Positions 37,334-47,707 are shown, counted from the stretch's first letter. The stretch: DNA of 64,000 bases from an uncultured Clostridia bacterium (GCA_934169725.1 CAKPOF010000004.1:72245-136244); one strand, 5' to 3'. Notes: generated from the sequence alone by a model not told the origin. Made by a program: numbers and translations.

Positions 37334-37537
37334 AGCGTTAGTGTATTGCTTTTTTTGACATTATGTAATAAAATAAAAAGCATAAAAAAGCATAAAAGTA
37401 GAAATAAAAAAATAAAAAATAAAAAAACAGTAAAAAATGTAAAACAATTATTAGTAATCAGTTACTAAAAAAGACAAAAACCACGAAAGACAAGTAGTAA
37501 AATATAGCTTATAATTAGTAAAAAGGTGGTATGAAAT

Positions 37538-39943
37538 ATGTTTCAGAATATAAATGAAAGTACTGTAGAAGAAAGAAAAAGAGATACACTTAATAAGTGG
37601 TCAGAAGTCATTAGTAAAAATAATATAGTTATGTATGTAATTTCTTTTATGTTATCATTTGTAGGAATAGGTGGTGATTTTTCACTATTTAGTTTTAGTA
37701 TATTAGGAGCATGTTTTTCATCTTCAATTCCACTTTTAGGAGTAGTTATAGTTTCATTAATAGGAAATGTAGTAAAATTTGGCGTAGGAGGAGGTTTGGA
37801 ATATTTTCTAACAAGTCTAGTCTTTTTTATTACAATTTTCATACTAAAACCTAAATATAATGAAGATGAAAGAAATGAAAAAATAAAAATAGGAAAAAAT
37901 ATATTTATTTCAGTATTTTTAATACAAATAATAAAAGCAATATTAGGAACAGCAACATTTTATGATTTTTTAGTAAGTATAACTTATGGAATAATAGCAG
38001 TAGCATTTTATAAAATATTTGTAAATTCAATTTCAGCAATAGATAATTTGGGGACAGATAAGGCTTTTTCAATTGAAGAAGTAATAGGGACAAGCCTATT
38101 ATTAGCAATAGCAGTAAGTGCTTTTTCAGATTTTTCAGTTTTAGGTTTTTCAATAAGAAATGTTCTTAGCATATTAATTGTTATGATTTTAGGATGGAAA
38201 AATGGAATGTTAGTAGGTACAACTTCAGGAGTAACAATAGGAGTAACATTAGGAATATTAACAGGTGGAGAACCAATTATAATAGCTGCATATGCAATTT
38301 CTGGAATGATAGCAGGAATATTAAATAAGTTTGGAAAAATAGGTGTAATTATAGGCTTTTGTATAGGAAATGTTATTTTAGCATATGCATCAAATGGATA
38401 TACTGTAGAAATAATATATTTTAAGGAAATATTATTGGCATCAATAATGTTGTTAATAATACCAAAAAATATAAATATAGATATAGAAGAATTTATGGGA
38501 AATTCAAAGTTTTTACCAGTATCAAGAGCTAGAACTTTAACAAAAGAAAATGAAACTGCAGAAAAATTAAATAATGTTTCAGAAACAATAAAGAAAATGG
38601 CAAATTCATATGCTAAAGAAAAAGAAGAATATTCATTAGAAGCTAAAGAAGAAAATAAACAGATATTTATAAATGAATTATTAAATAATTTAGAACCATA
38701 TAAAGATAATTTATTATATGATGACATATCAAATGTTGATGGGAAAATTGTAGATGAGATATTTAATTATTTAATAGAAAATCAAGGTATAGAAAGAGAA
38801 GAATTACTAAAAATATTTGCTGATTGCAATAGTTATATTGTTGGTTTTGATGATGAAGAAATAAGCAGTTATTTAGAAGAAAATATTTTACAAATATTAA
38901 GAGCAATTAATGTTTCATATAAAGTAAGCAAAAATAATTTTATATGGAAGAAAAAATTTGAAGAAAGCAAAAAAAATATGGAAACTCAATTAAATGGAGT
39001 TTCAAAAGTAATATCAGGAATAGCTAAAGATATTGTAAAAGATAATAAAAGACAGGATTATTCAAGTTTAGAAATAGAAATAGCAGAATTGTTAAAACAA
39101 AGAGAAATAGAAATTGAAGATTTAAATATTACAAAAAAAGATAGATATATAATTCACATATATTTAAAACATTTAGAAAATAATGAAATAATTGAAAATA
39201 TATTGACAAAAACTTTAAAGGAAAAAATTGTATTAAATGAGGAAAACTCTACAGAAAATGATTTATTATTCATGTCTGATGATAAATATGTAATGGGATT
39301 TGCAACAGCAGATACAACTAAAAGTCAAAGTGAAATTTCAGGAGATAATTACATAAATATACGATTAAAAGATGGTAAATATTTAATAGCTCTAAGTGAT
39401 GGAATGGGGACAGGAAAAAAAGCAAATGAAAGTAGTATGCAAGCTTTAGCAATGCTAGAAAATTTATTAGATACAGGTTTTGATAAAAACACATCTATAC
39501 AATTAATTTCATCTACATTAATAAGTAAAAGTGAAGAAATTTTTGCAACTTTAGATATAGCAATTGTTGATTTATATAATGGTAAGATGGAATTTATAAA
39601 AAGTGGAGCATGTCCAACATATATAAAAAAGAATAAAAGAGTACAAATAGTAAAATCTACATCACTTCCAGCAGGAATGATAAATACAGATGATATTCAA
39701 GTATTTGATACAGATATACAAAATAATCAAATAATGTTAATGTGTACAGATGGAATTTTAGATTCAAACATAGAATATAAAAATAAAGAATTATGGGTTA
39801 AATATTTGTTAGAAGATATAGAAACAAAAAATACAAAGAAAATAGCAGATCTTATATTAAATGAAGCAATAGATAATAATTTTGGAAAAACTAAAGATGA
39901 TATGAGTGTTGTTGTATGTAAATTTATGCGAAAAGATATGTAG
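37538..39943 (+). CDS. spoIIE: Stage II sporulation protein E (membrane PP2C phosphatase)
   Basis: 801 aa. The N-terminal third is polytopic (about 10 TM segments). The C-terminal PP2C domain carries SGDNY..LSDGMGTGKKA..CTDGILD. Confidence 0.9.
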   Translation: MFQNINESTVEERKRDTLNKWSEVISKNNIVMYVISFMLSFVGIGGDFSLFSFSILGACFSSSIPLLGVVIVSLIGNVVKFGVGGGLEYFLTSLVFFITIFILKPKYNEDERNEKIKIGKNIFISVFLIQIIKAILGTATFYDFLVSITYGIIAVAFYKIFVNSISAIDNLGTDKAFSIEEVIGTSLLLAIAVSAFSDFSVLGFSIRNVLSILIVMILGWKNGMLVGTTSGVTIGVTLGILTGGEPIIIAAYAISGMIAGILNKFGKIGVIIGFCIGNVILAYASNGYTVEIIYFKEILLASIMLLIIPKNINIDIEEFMGNSKFLPVSRARTLTKENETAEKLNNVSETIKKMANSYAKEKEEYSLEAKEENKQIFINELLNNLEPYKDNLLYDDISNVDGKIVDEIFNYLIENQGIEREELLKIFADCNSYIVGFDDEEISSYLEENILQILRAINVSYKVSKNNFIWKKKFEESKKNMETQLNGVSKVISGIAKDIVKDNKRQDYSSLEIEIAELLKQREIEIEDLNITKKDRYIIHIYLKHLENNEIIENILTKTLKEKIVLNEENSTENDLLFMSDDKYVMGFATADTTKSQSEISGDNYINIRLKDGKYLIALSDGMGTGKKANESSMQALAMLENLLDTGFDKNTSIQLISSTLISKSEEIFATLDIAIVDLYNGKMEFIKSGACPTYIKKNKRVQIVKSTSLPAGMINTDDIQVFDTDIQNNQIMLMCTDGILDSNIEYKNKELWVKYLLEDIETKNTKKIADLILNEAIDNNFGKTKDDMSVVVCKFMRKDM

Positions 39944-39962
39944 TTTGGGAGGAAAAATTTAA

Positions 39963-41483
39963 ATGAGTAGAGGAAGAAGATATGAAGAACGAAAGTTAAA
40001 TATAAAAAAAGTTTTTGCGGTAATATTAGCAATAATTGTTATTATAATGTCAGTGTTCATTATAAAAGACATTTTTTCAAAAGAACAGAAATCAGGAGGA
40101 ATTACAAGCAAAACATACTTTTCAGCATATAAAAACAACAAATGGGGTGTTATAGATGAAAATGGTGAAGAAATAATAACACCATCATATGAAGAAATGA
40201 TAATTATTCCAGATAATAAAACAGATATATTTTTATGTACATATGATGTTAATTATGAAACAGGAGAATATAAAACAAAAGCATTAAATAGTAAAAATCA
40301 AGAAATTTTAACTGAATATGATAAAATTGAAGCTGTTTCAAATAGTGATGAAAATAACAACTTATGGTATGAAAATAATGTAATAAAAGTAGAAAAAGAT
40401 GGAAAATGGGGAACTATAGACAATACAGGAAAAACAATATTAAACATCGAATATGATGAAATAAATACAGTAAAAGGAATAAAAAATGCATTATTAATAA
40501 AAAAAGACGGAAAATATGGAGTGGCAGATGATGATGGAAAAATTATTATACAACCTAAATATACAGAAATATCAAGTTTAGGAGAAGATAATAAATCAGG
40601 ATATATAGTAAAAAACGATGAAGGGCTATATGGAATTGTAGGTTATTCAGAAAATACTATATTAGAAAATAAATATCAAGAAATTGAAAAAATATATAGT
40701 GATGATTTATATGTTGTATCACAAGATGGAAAACAAAAAGTAATAAAAAGTGATGGAACTGAGGTATTAACAAAAGGATTTGATCAAATATCAGCAATTT
40801 TAAAAGAAAAAGATAAAGGTGTTATATACACATCTAATGGTAAGTATGGAATAATGACACTTACAGGGGAAGTAAAAATCCCAGCACAATATGATAATTT
40901 AGTAGAGGCAAAAGAAAATGTATTTATTGCAACAAAGGGAAATAAACAAGGAATAATTGATTTTGATAATAATGAAAAAGTAAGCTTTAAGTATAATTCA
41001 ATTACATATAATGAAAAAGGTGATATCTATATTGCAGAAGATGAATCATATAATAGCCAAATTATGAATAATCAATTTGAAGTTAAACAAGAGGGAATTT
41101 TAATAGAGGTAAATACTGATGACGGATATTTTGAATTAAGAAAAGATGATAAATATTCATATTATAATTTTAAATTTGAAGAAAAAAATATAAAAGACAT
41201 ATTAAGTAAAAATACCCTATATTTAGATAAAAAAGATAATAAATATGGATATGTAGACAAAAATGGAAATGTTGTGGTAGAATATATTTATGATGATGCT
41301 ACAGAACAAAATGAATATGGATATGTAGCAGTAAAAAAAGATGGAAAATGGGGAGCACTAAACAAAAATGGAGAAGTAGTGCAAGAACCAACTTATAATC
41401 TAGATGACTATATAATGATTGATTTTATAGGTAAATGGCATCTAGGAAAAGATATAAATATGAATTATTATAATCAAGAATAA
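39963..41483 (+). CDS. Membrane-anchored WG-repeat (KWG) protein
   Basis: 506 aa with an N-terminal TM and more than 8 repeats of the type KWGVIDENGEEIITPSYEEM / GKYGVADDDGKIIIQPKYTEI. Confidence 0.75.
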   Translation: MSRGRRYEERKLNIKKVFAVILAIIVIIMSVFIIKDIFSKEQKSGGITSKTYFSAYKNNKWGVIDENGEEIITPSYEEMIIIPDNKTDIFLCTYDVNYETGEYKTKALNSKNQEILTEYDKIEAVSNSDENNNLWYENNVIKVEKDGKWGTIDNTGKTILNIEYDEINTVKGIKNALLIKKDGKYGVADDDGKIIIQPKYTEISSLGEDNKSGYIVKNDEGLYGIVGYSENTILENKYQEIEKIYSDDLYVVSQDGKQKVIKSDGTEVLTKGFDQISAILKEKDKGVIYTSNGKYGIMTLTGEVKIPAQYDNLVEAKENVFIATKGNKQGIIDFDNNEKVSFKYNSITYNEKGDIYIAEDESYNSQIMNNQFEVKQEGILIEVNTDDGYFELRKDDKYSYYNFKFEEKNIKDILSKNTLYLDKKDNKYGYVDKNGNVVVEYIYDDATEQNEYGYVAVKKDGKWGALNKNGEVVQEPTYNLDDYIMIDFIGKWHLGKDINMNYYNQE

Positions 41484-41507
41484 AATATAAAATAAAAGGT
41501 GATTAAA

Positions 41508-42737
41508 ATGGAACTAAAGATAAACTATCAATATACATATTTTATACATCCGTTTGTAATAAAACAAAACAAATATCAAAAATTTATTTTAAAATTATTA
41601 AAAGATGAAAATTGTAAATTAAAAAGATTTGAAAAAGAAAAGGATTTAAAATTATATAAATATTTCACACCTAAAATGAGAGAAACATTGTTTTCAACTT
41701 TTAGTTTTACAAATAATAAATATACAAAATTTAAAGAAATGCCAATAGAAACACAATCAGCTATATTGGCAAAATATCCTTGTACAATATTTGAATATAC
41801 ATTGAAAAAAGACATACAAGGAAAAGCTGGAGATGGAAAAGGGATATTTTTTAAAATTAGAAAAGTAGAAATAATTTGCTTTGAATCAGGAATTTGTTTT
41901 TTATGTATGAAAACTACAATAGAGGATGAGCCGACTTTTTCAGATGTGTTAAATTTTAATTATAAATTTAGAGATATAAAACAAGATAATGGAACATTAA
42001 ATAATTATGATAAGATAAATATACAAACAGATAGTTTTTCAAATATAGATAAAATTACAGACTTTATAAAAGGAATAACTGGAACAAATATAGAAGCAAT
42101 AAAATTAGATGTAGATACTGAAAGATTTTTAACATATTCATATTTATGTATAGATCAATCTGCATGGAATACAGACAATAATTTTGATAAAATAGAACAT
42201 AATTTTATTAAATTTGCAAGAATATTACCAGCAGATAATTCAGCAAGCTTAAAGGAAGATGAAATAACGTCTTTAGCTAAATGGAAATATACTAAAATGG
42301 GAATTTCAAGACAAGGAGTAACATTATTTTCATCATCAATAGATATAAATAATTATACTATATTGCCAAATGAGTTTGAACAACAATATTTATATACATA
42401 TATATATGAATTATATAAAAAAATATATCTAAAAAAATTAAGTTTAGAATTCAAACATGCAATGAAAATAAAAAAAGCAAGAAATAAATTTATAGAATTT
42501 ACTAAAAATATATGGATTCAAGAAATAACAGAAGATGAAACAGGGACAATGTTTGATTATAAAATAAAAGAAATGATGGGACTAGAAAAATTATATAGTG
42601 AAGTAAAAAATGAATATGATGTTTTATACAAAGAGTTAAATATAGAAAAAAATAAAAACATTACAATTGGTATAGCTGTAATATTAGTAGCAACTCTTGT
42701 ATTTAATATATTAAATTTTACATTATTATTAAAATAA
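41508..42737 (+). CDS. Hypothetical 409-aa protein with a single C-terminal TM helix; family not recognised
   Basis: The ATG at 41508 follows AAGGTGA. The protein is soluble and Y/F/K-rich, ending in a coiled-coil-like segment and the TM helix ITIGIAVILVATLVFNILNF. Confidence 0.6.
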   Translation: MELKINYQYTYFIHPFVIKQNKYQKFILKLLKDENCKLKRFEKEKDLKLYKYFTPKMRETLFSTFSFTNNKYTKFKEMPIETQSAILAKYPCTIFEYTLKKDIQGKAGDGKGIFFKIRKVEIICFESGICFLCMKTTIEDEPTFSDVLNFNYKFRDIKQDNGTLNNYDKINIQTDSFSNIDKITDFIKGITGTNIEAIKLDVDTERFLTYSYLCIDQSAWNTDNNFDKIEHNFIKFARILPADNSASLKEDEITSLAKWKYTKMGISRQGVTLFSSSIDINNYTILPNEFEQQYLYTYIYELYKKIYLKKLSLEFKHAMKIKKARNKFIEFTKNIWIQEITEDETGTMFDYKIKEMMGLEKLYSEVKNEYDVLYKELNIEKNKNITIGIAVILVATLVFNILNFTLLLK

Positions 42738-42757
42738 AAAATGTGAAAGAAGGAAAA

Positions 42758-43132
42758 ATGAAAATTACTTGTGGTACAGATATTATAGAAATAGAAAGAA
42801 TACAACATAGTATAGAAGAAATAGGAGAAAAGTTTAAAGAAAGAGTATACACAAAAAAAGAAATTGAGTATTGCGAAAGTAAAAAAAATCAAAAATATCA
42901 GCATTATGCTGCAAGATTTGCTGCTAAAGAAGCTGTGTTTAAGGCAATATCACATGAGTTAGAAAATAAGTATCAAATAGAGTGGAAAAATATTGAGATT
43001 ATAAATGACAAAAATGGAAGACCAGAAGTTAATTTTGTTAATATACATATAAATGAATTGGAACAAATAGACCTTAGTATTTCTCATTGTAGAAAATATG
43101 CAGTTGCAAATGTAGTTTCTGTTTATAATTAA
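42758..43132 (+). CDS. acpS: Holo-[acyl-carrier-protein] synthase
   Basis: 124 aa from the ATG after GAAAGAAGGA. ITCGTDIIEIERI and FAAKEAVFKA are AcpS hallmarks. Confidence 0.9.
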   Translation: MKITCGTDIIEIERIQHSIEEIGEKFKERVYTKKEIEYCESKKNQKYQHYAARFAAKEAVFKAISHELENKYQIEWKNIEIINDKNGRPEVNFVNIHINELEQIDLSISHCRKYAVANVVSVYN

Positions 43133-43155
43133 AATAGGGTGTATAGGGAGAGAAG

Positions 43156-43950
43156 ATGGAGTTTTTTGATAGTCATGCACATTTAGATGATGAAAAATTT
43201 GATAAAGATAGAGAAAGTATAATTGAAGAAATAAAAAAAGATGGAATAACAAGATTTGTATCAGCTGGATATAGTTTAGAAGGAACTAAAAAAGGAATTG
43301 AGTTATCAGAAAAATATGATTTTATTTACACAACATGTGCTATTTCTCCAAATGATATTCCACAAACAGAGACAGAAATGTGGAAAAGTATTGATAAAAT
43401 TAAAGAATTATCAGAAAAGCATATAAAAAATAAAAAAATAGTGGCAATAGGTGAAATTGGTTTAGATTATTATTGGGAAAAAAATCAAGAAAAAAGAAAT
43501 TTGCAGAAGAAGGCATTTATAGCTCAAATACAATTAGCTAATGAATACAATTTACCAATTGTAATACATACAAGAGAAGCTGTTATGGATACAGTAGAGA
43601 TTTTAAAAAAATATCCTGTAAAAAATAAAGGTGTTTTTCATTGTTGTCCATTAAATAGAGAATTAGTAAAAGAAGCTTTAAAACTCGACTTTTACATTTC
43701 ATGTGCAGGACCAGTAACTTTTAAAAATTCAAAAAATGCGGATGAAATAATAAATATGATTCCGAATGATAAAATTTTGATAGAAACAGATAGTCCGTAT
43801 TTATCACCAGAACCTTTAAGAGGAAGAAGAAATGATCCAAGAAATGTTAAATATATTGCTAAAAAAATCGCAGAAGTAAAGAATTTAGAAATAGAACAAG
43901 TTGCAGAGATGACATATAAAAATGCAAATAAAATTTTTAAAATAGAATAA
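43156..43950 (+). CDS. tatD: TatD-family metal-dependent hydrolase (YabD-like)
   Basis: 264 aa with FFDSHAHLDD, GEIGLDYYW, IHTREA and ETDSPYL motifs. Confidence 0.9.
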   Translation: MEFFDSHAHLDDEKFDKDRESIIEEIKKDGITRFVSAGYSLEGTKKGIELSEKYDFIYTTCAISPNDIPQTETEMWKSIDKIKELSEKHIKNKKIVAIGEIGLDYYWEKNQEKRNLQKKAFIAQIQLANEYNLPIVIHTREAVMDTVEILKKYPVKNKGVFHCCPLNRELVKEALKLDFYISCAGPVTFKNSKNADEIINMIPNDKILIETDSPYLSPEPLRGRRNDPRNVKYIAKKIAEVKNLEIEQVAEMTYKNANKIFKIE

Positions 43951-44019
43951 AGAATAAATCGAAAAGCCTTATAAATGATATAGATTTTAACTTTTCTTTT
44001 GGGGCTTTACTAATATATA

Positions 44020-44057
44020 AAAAAACTTAAAATACAATTTAGTATTTTAAGTTTTTT
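44020..44057. terminator. Long AT palindrome at the tatD/htpX convergence point (possible bidirectional terminator)
   Basis: AAAAAACTTAAAATAC-AATTTA-GTATTTTAAGTTTTTT (16-bp arms). The 3' arm overlaps the last codons of htpX. Confidence 0.45.
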
Positions 44058-44929
44058 AATGCTTCAATTCTATCAGCTGTACTAGGATGTGTAGACCAAA
44101 TGTTAGATATTTTTTTCTTATCTTTAAATGGATTTATAATATACATATTGGCAGTAGCTTTATTAGCTGTTTCTAATTCATTAGGGTCATTTTCTAATTT
44201 TTGTAATGCAGAAATTAATCCATCTGGATTACGTGTAAATTCTACAGCTGTACTATCAGCTAAAAATTCTCTTTTTCTTGATAATGCAAGTTGCATAAGA
44301 GAACCAAAAATAGGTGATAAAATTAAAAATATAAGACCGATAATCATAAGAAAACCACTTGATTTATTATCATCATCACGATCTTTCATTCCTCCCCAAA
44401 ATAAAACTCGAGAAAATAAATCAGACAACATAACGATAAATCCAACCATTACAGAAACTACACAGCTTAAACGTATATCATAATTTTTAATATGACTCAT
44501 TTCATGTGCAATTACGCCTTCCAATTCATAATAATCTAATTTTTCTAAAAGCCCGGTGGTTACACATATAACAGCATTTTCTGGATTTCTACCAGTAGCA
44601 AAAGCGTTTGGTTGAGAATCTTCAACAACATAAAGTCTTGGTTTTACAGGTAAACCAGAAGTAACCATAAGAGCATCTAAAATATTAACTAATTTTTGAT
44701 CTTCTTGTTTTGTTGCTGGACGTGCATTATTTAAAGACAAAACTATTTTATCACTATAATAGTATGAAGCCCATGCAGAACTTATTGAAAAAATTAATGC
44801 AATTATAATTGAAAAAGTACCTAATTCTAAAGCATTACAAATATAATAAACGATTAATGTAATAATCAAAATAAAAATTCCAACAATAAAACTAGATTCT
44901 AATTTATTCTTTTTACTAGTTTCAAACAT
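44039..44929 (-). CDS. htpX: Membrane zinc protease HtpX (M48 family)
   Basis: 296 aa with HEMSHIKN (HExxH), four TM segments, and C-terminal STHPSTADRI. Confidence 0.9.
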   Translation of the reverse strand: MFETSKKNKLESSFIVGIFILIITLIVYYICNALELGTFSIIIALIFSISSAWASYYYSDKIVLSLNNARPATKQEDQKLVNILDALMVTSGLPVKPRLYVVEDSQPNAFATGRNPENAVICVTTGLLEKLDYYELEGVIAHEMSHIKNYDIRLSCVVSVMVGFIVMLSDLFSRVLFWGGMKDRDDDNKSSGFLMIIGLIFLILSPIFGSLMQLALSRKREFLADSTAVEFTRNPDGLISALQKLENDPNELETANKATANMYIINPFKDKKKISNIWSTHPSTADRIEALKNLKY

Positions 44930-44952
44930 AATTTCACCTCCATATAAAACAA

Positions 44953-44982
44953 GGACAAACCTTATTTTTACAAAGTTTGTCC
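44953..44982 (-). terminator. Hairpin after lemA (minus strand)
   Basis: GGACAAAC-loop-GTTTGTCC. On the minus strand it is followed by TTGTTTT. Confidence 0.5.
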
Positions 44983-45017
44983 CCTAATTCAAAAATAATT
45001 AAATAAACATATAAAAT

Positions 45018-45578
45018 CTATTTATTATTTCCAAAATCTACTTTTACATTTTTTCTAGCTTCATCACTTTCTGCTACAAATAAGTCACGAGCTTGGAAAT
45101 TAAACATTCCAGCAATAATGTTAGATGGAAAAACTTGTAGTTTTGTATTGTACATTGTTACAGTATCATTGTAGAATTGTCTTGAAAAAGAGATTTTATT
45201 TTCAGTATTTCTTAATTCTTCTGATAATTCTGAGAAATTTTGGTTTGCTTTTAATTCCGGATAACTTTCAGATACAGCCATAATTGATTTTAAAGCAGTA
45301 GATAATTCATTATCTAATTCAGCCTTTTTAGTAACATTTTGAGTATTTGCCCAACTAGTTCTTATTTGAGCAATTTTTTCAAATGTCTCAGATTCATGGT
45401 TCATATAACCTTTAACAGTTTCTATAAAGTTTGGAATTAAATCAAATCTTCTTTGTAATTGTACATCTATTTGACTCCAAGCGTTATCCACTTTGATTTT
45501 TGCTTGAACTAAGCCATTATACATGCTAATTACTGCAATAATTATAATAGCTATAATTGCAAATATAATCCATCCCAT
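45018..45578 (-). CDS. lemA: LemA-family membrane protein
   Basis: 186 aa from the Met after AAGGAGGA (MGWIIFAIIAI..). The YN.LV....V..AW..IDVQLQRR pattern is typical of LemA, as is the pairing with htpX. Confidence 0.9.
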   Translation of the reverse strand: MGWIIFAIIAIIIIAVISMYNGLVQAKIKVDNAWSQIDVQLQRRFDLIPNFIETVKGYMNHESETFEKIAQIRTSWANTQNVTKKAELDNELSTALKSIMAVSESYPELKANQNFSELSEELRNTENKISFSRQFYNDTVTMYNTKLQVFPSNIIAGMFNFQARDLFVAESDEARKNVKVDFGNNK

Positions 45579-45806
45579 AGAAAAATCCTCCTTAACAATT
45601 ATTATATACAAATAGATAATAACATATTAAAAAAATTTATACAATATAAAAATAAAAAAATGGAATATTTAAAAAATTTTTTTCATATAATATATTATGG
45701 CAAAGTGTACGAAAATAGCCAGTTTGAAAAGGGGATAAAAGCAACAAAAATAAAGCAGTTTAGCAAATGCTAGATAGCAAAGAGTTTGCTGTTATGTGAT
45801 GAAAAT

Positions 45807-45835
45807 TTGACTTTTGACTTAAAAAATAGTATAAT
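45807..45835 (+). promoter_or_regulatory. Candidate sigma-A promoter of the G5/3D-domain gene
   Basis: TTGACT (45807-45812), a 17-nt spacer, then TATAAT (45830-45835). Confidence 0.5.
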
Positions 45836-45871
45836 AGCTATGTTGTTGCCAAAAGGAGGTAATTTATTTTT

Positions 45872-46822
45872 ATGAAAAAAGAAGAAAAGGCTTCAATTTC
45901 TATAATGAAGATTATCTGTGTAAGCATAATTTTAATTTTAATATCAGGGATAAGTGTTTTAGCTGTAAATACAGATGTAAAAGATATAAAAATCACATTG
46001 CAAAATGGTTATGAAATGAATGCTATAACATCAAAAAGCAAAGTTTCTGATATATTAAGCGAAAATAATATTGTTTTAAATGAAAATCAAAAAACAATAC
46101 CAGATTTAGATAGTGAAATAGAATCAGGAGATACTATAAAAATAACTGATAAATCATATAATGAAGTACAAATATCAAAAATATCAGAAGAAGGTATTCA
46201 AACTTCATTAGATCAATTAATGCAAAATTATGCACCGATAACAGAGAAAATTGTAGTAGAGCAAGTAGCAATACCATATGAGACAATTACAAAAAATGCA
46301 TCAGAAAATTCAACTGATGGAACAAACAAAGTATTACAAGAAGGTAAAGATGGTATAAAAGAAATTACTTACAAAGTAAAATATCAAAATGATGTAGAAA
46401 TTGAAAAGTCAGTGATATCAGAAGTTACAGTACAAGAACCAGTAAATAAAATTGTTCAAGTTCAAAAGAAAGTAACTTCAAGAGGGTCAACTTCAACAAG
46501 AAATTCAAAAGATAATAATAGTAGTTCAACAAGCACTTCAGGAGGAACTGTATATAAAGTAACAGCATATTGCCCATGTGCAAAATGTTGTGGAAAAGCA
46601 AGTGGAAGAACAGCGGCAGGAACAATAGCAACAGCAGGTAGAACGGTTGCTGCATCAGGAGGGTTTTCTTTCGGAACAAAATTAAATATTGGTGGACACG
46701 TATATACAGTTGAAGACAGAGGCGGAGCAATTAATGGAAATAAAATAGATATATTTGTTAATACTCATGCTGAAGCATTACAATGGGGAGTAAGATACTT
46801 AAATGTAAGTGTTGTAAACTAA
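45872..46822 (+). CDS. YabE-like cell-wall protein (DUF348 / G5 / 3D domains)
   Basis: 316 aa with an N-terminal TM, the G5-like TNKVLQEGKDGIKEITYKVKYQNDVEIEKSVISEVTVQEPVNKIV, and the 3D domain VTAYCPCAKCCGK..GRTVAAS..VEDRGGAI.GNKIDIF. Confidence 0.85.
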   Translation: MKKEEKASISIMKIICVSIILILISGISVLAVNTDVKDIKITLQNGYEMNAITSKSKVSDILSENNIVLNENQKTIPDLDSEIESGDTIKITDKSYNEVQISKISEEGIQTSLDQLMQNYAPITEKIVVEQVAIPYETITKNASENSTDGTNKVLQEGKDGIKEITYKVKYQNDVEIEKSVISEVTVQEPVNKIVQVQKKVTSRGSTSTRNSKDNNSSSTSTSGGTVYKVTAYCPCAKCCGKASGRTAAGTIATAGRTVAASGGFSFGTKLNIGGHVYTVEDRGGAINGNKIDIFVNTHAEALQWGVRYLNVSVVN

Positions 46823-46841
46823 TTTAATATATAGTATAATG

Positions 46842-46873
46842 TACTAGAGTTTTAGGCTCTAGTATATTTTTTT
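46842..46873 (+). terminator. Intrinsic terminator
   Basis: TACTAGAG-TTTTAGG-CTCTAGTA followed by TATTTTTTT. Confidence 0.75.
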
Positions 46874-46891
46874 ATAATAGGAGAAAATAAG

Positions 46892-47647
46892 ATGAAATTA
46901 ATATCATGGAATGTAAATGGAATAAGAGCATGTGTTAATAAAGGATTTGAAACATTTTTTAATAAAATAAATGCTGATATATTTTGTATACAAGAAACAA
47001 AATGTCAACCAGAACAAATTGAATTAAAATTTGATGGATATTATTCTTATTGGAATAGTGCAGAAAGAAAAGGATATTCTGGAACAGCAATATTTACAAA
47101 AAAAGAACCGTTACAAGTTACTTATGGAATAGGAAATGAAGAACACGATAAAGAAGGACGAGTTATAACATTAGAGTTTGATAAATTTTATGTTGTAAAT
47201 ATATATACACCAAATTCAAAAAGAGGATTAGAAAGATTAGATTATAGACAAATATGGGAAGATGAAATAAGAAAATATTTGCTAAAGCTAGATTCTAATA
47301 AACCAGTTATAATGTGCGGTGATTTAAATGTAGCACATAATGAGATTGATTTAAAAAATCCAAAAACTAATAGAAAAAATGCAGGATTTACTGATGAAGA
47401 AAGAGAAAAAATGACAAGTTTATTAGATGCAGGATTTATTGATTCTTTTAGATATTTATATCCAAATAAAACAGAAGCATATAGTTGGTGGTCATATATG
47501 GGACATGCAAGAGAAAAAAATGTGGGATGGAGAATTGACTACTTTATAGTGTCAGAAAAAATAAAAAAACAAATAAAAGAAGCAAAAATATATTCTGAAG
47601 TTATGGGAAGTGATCATTGTCCTGTTGAATTAGAAATCGAAATTTAA
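46892..47647 (+). CDS. xth: Exodeoxyribonuclease III (AP endonuclease)
   Basis: 251 aa with MKLISWNVNGIRA, CIQETK, GDLNVAH and SDHCPV. Confidence 0.93.
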   Translation: MKLISWNVNGIRACVNKGFETFFNKINADIFCIQETKCQPEQIELKFDGYYSYWNSAERKGYSGTAIFTKKEPLQVTYGIGNEEHDKEGRVITLEFDKFYVVNIYTPNSKRGLERLDYRQIWEDEIRKYLLKLDSNKPVIMCGDLNVAHNEIDLKNPKTNRKNAGFTDEEREKMTSLLDAGFIDSFRYLYPNKTEAYSWWSYMGHAREKNVGWRIDYFIVSEKIKKQIKEAKIYSEVMGSDHCPVELEIEI

Positions 47648-47707
47648 AATCTAGAAGGTTTATAGGTTAAGCCATAAAACCTAAATACAGAAATAAAGGA
47701 ATATAAA

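Noticed and set aside
37376-37400. Whether the direct repeat GCATAAAA-N2-GCATAAAA and the GACA-containing strings upstream of spoIIE are Spo0A boxes.
   Set aside because: I found no match to the TGNCGAA 0A-box core on either strand. The repeats are short, A-rich, and unremarkable in this composition.
38008-38727. A 239-aa ORF antisense to spoIIE. Many similar antisense ORFs appear in the table, e.g. 341-601, 18896-19312, 27750-28214, 29730-30290, 24430-24810, 59178-59507 and 63097-63315.
   Set aside because: They lie entirely inside strongly supported genes on the other strand. They lack RBSs and encode low-complexity F/L/I/S-rich strings, as expected when A-rich codons are read in reverse. 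They are artefacts of AT-rich composition.
45700-45871. Whether a c-di-AMP (ydaO-type) riboswitch lies upstream of the 3D/G5 cell-wall gene, a typical context for that riboswitch.
   Set aside because: The best promoter (45807-45835) leaves only about a 30-nt leader. The upstream structured stretch lacks the conserved ydaO sequence blocks I remember, and it would not be part of the transcript.
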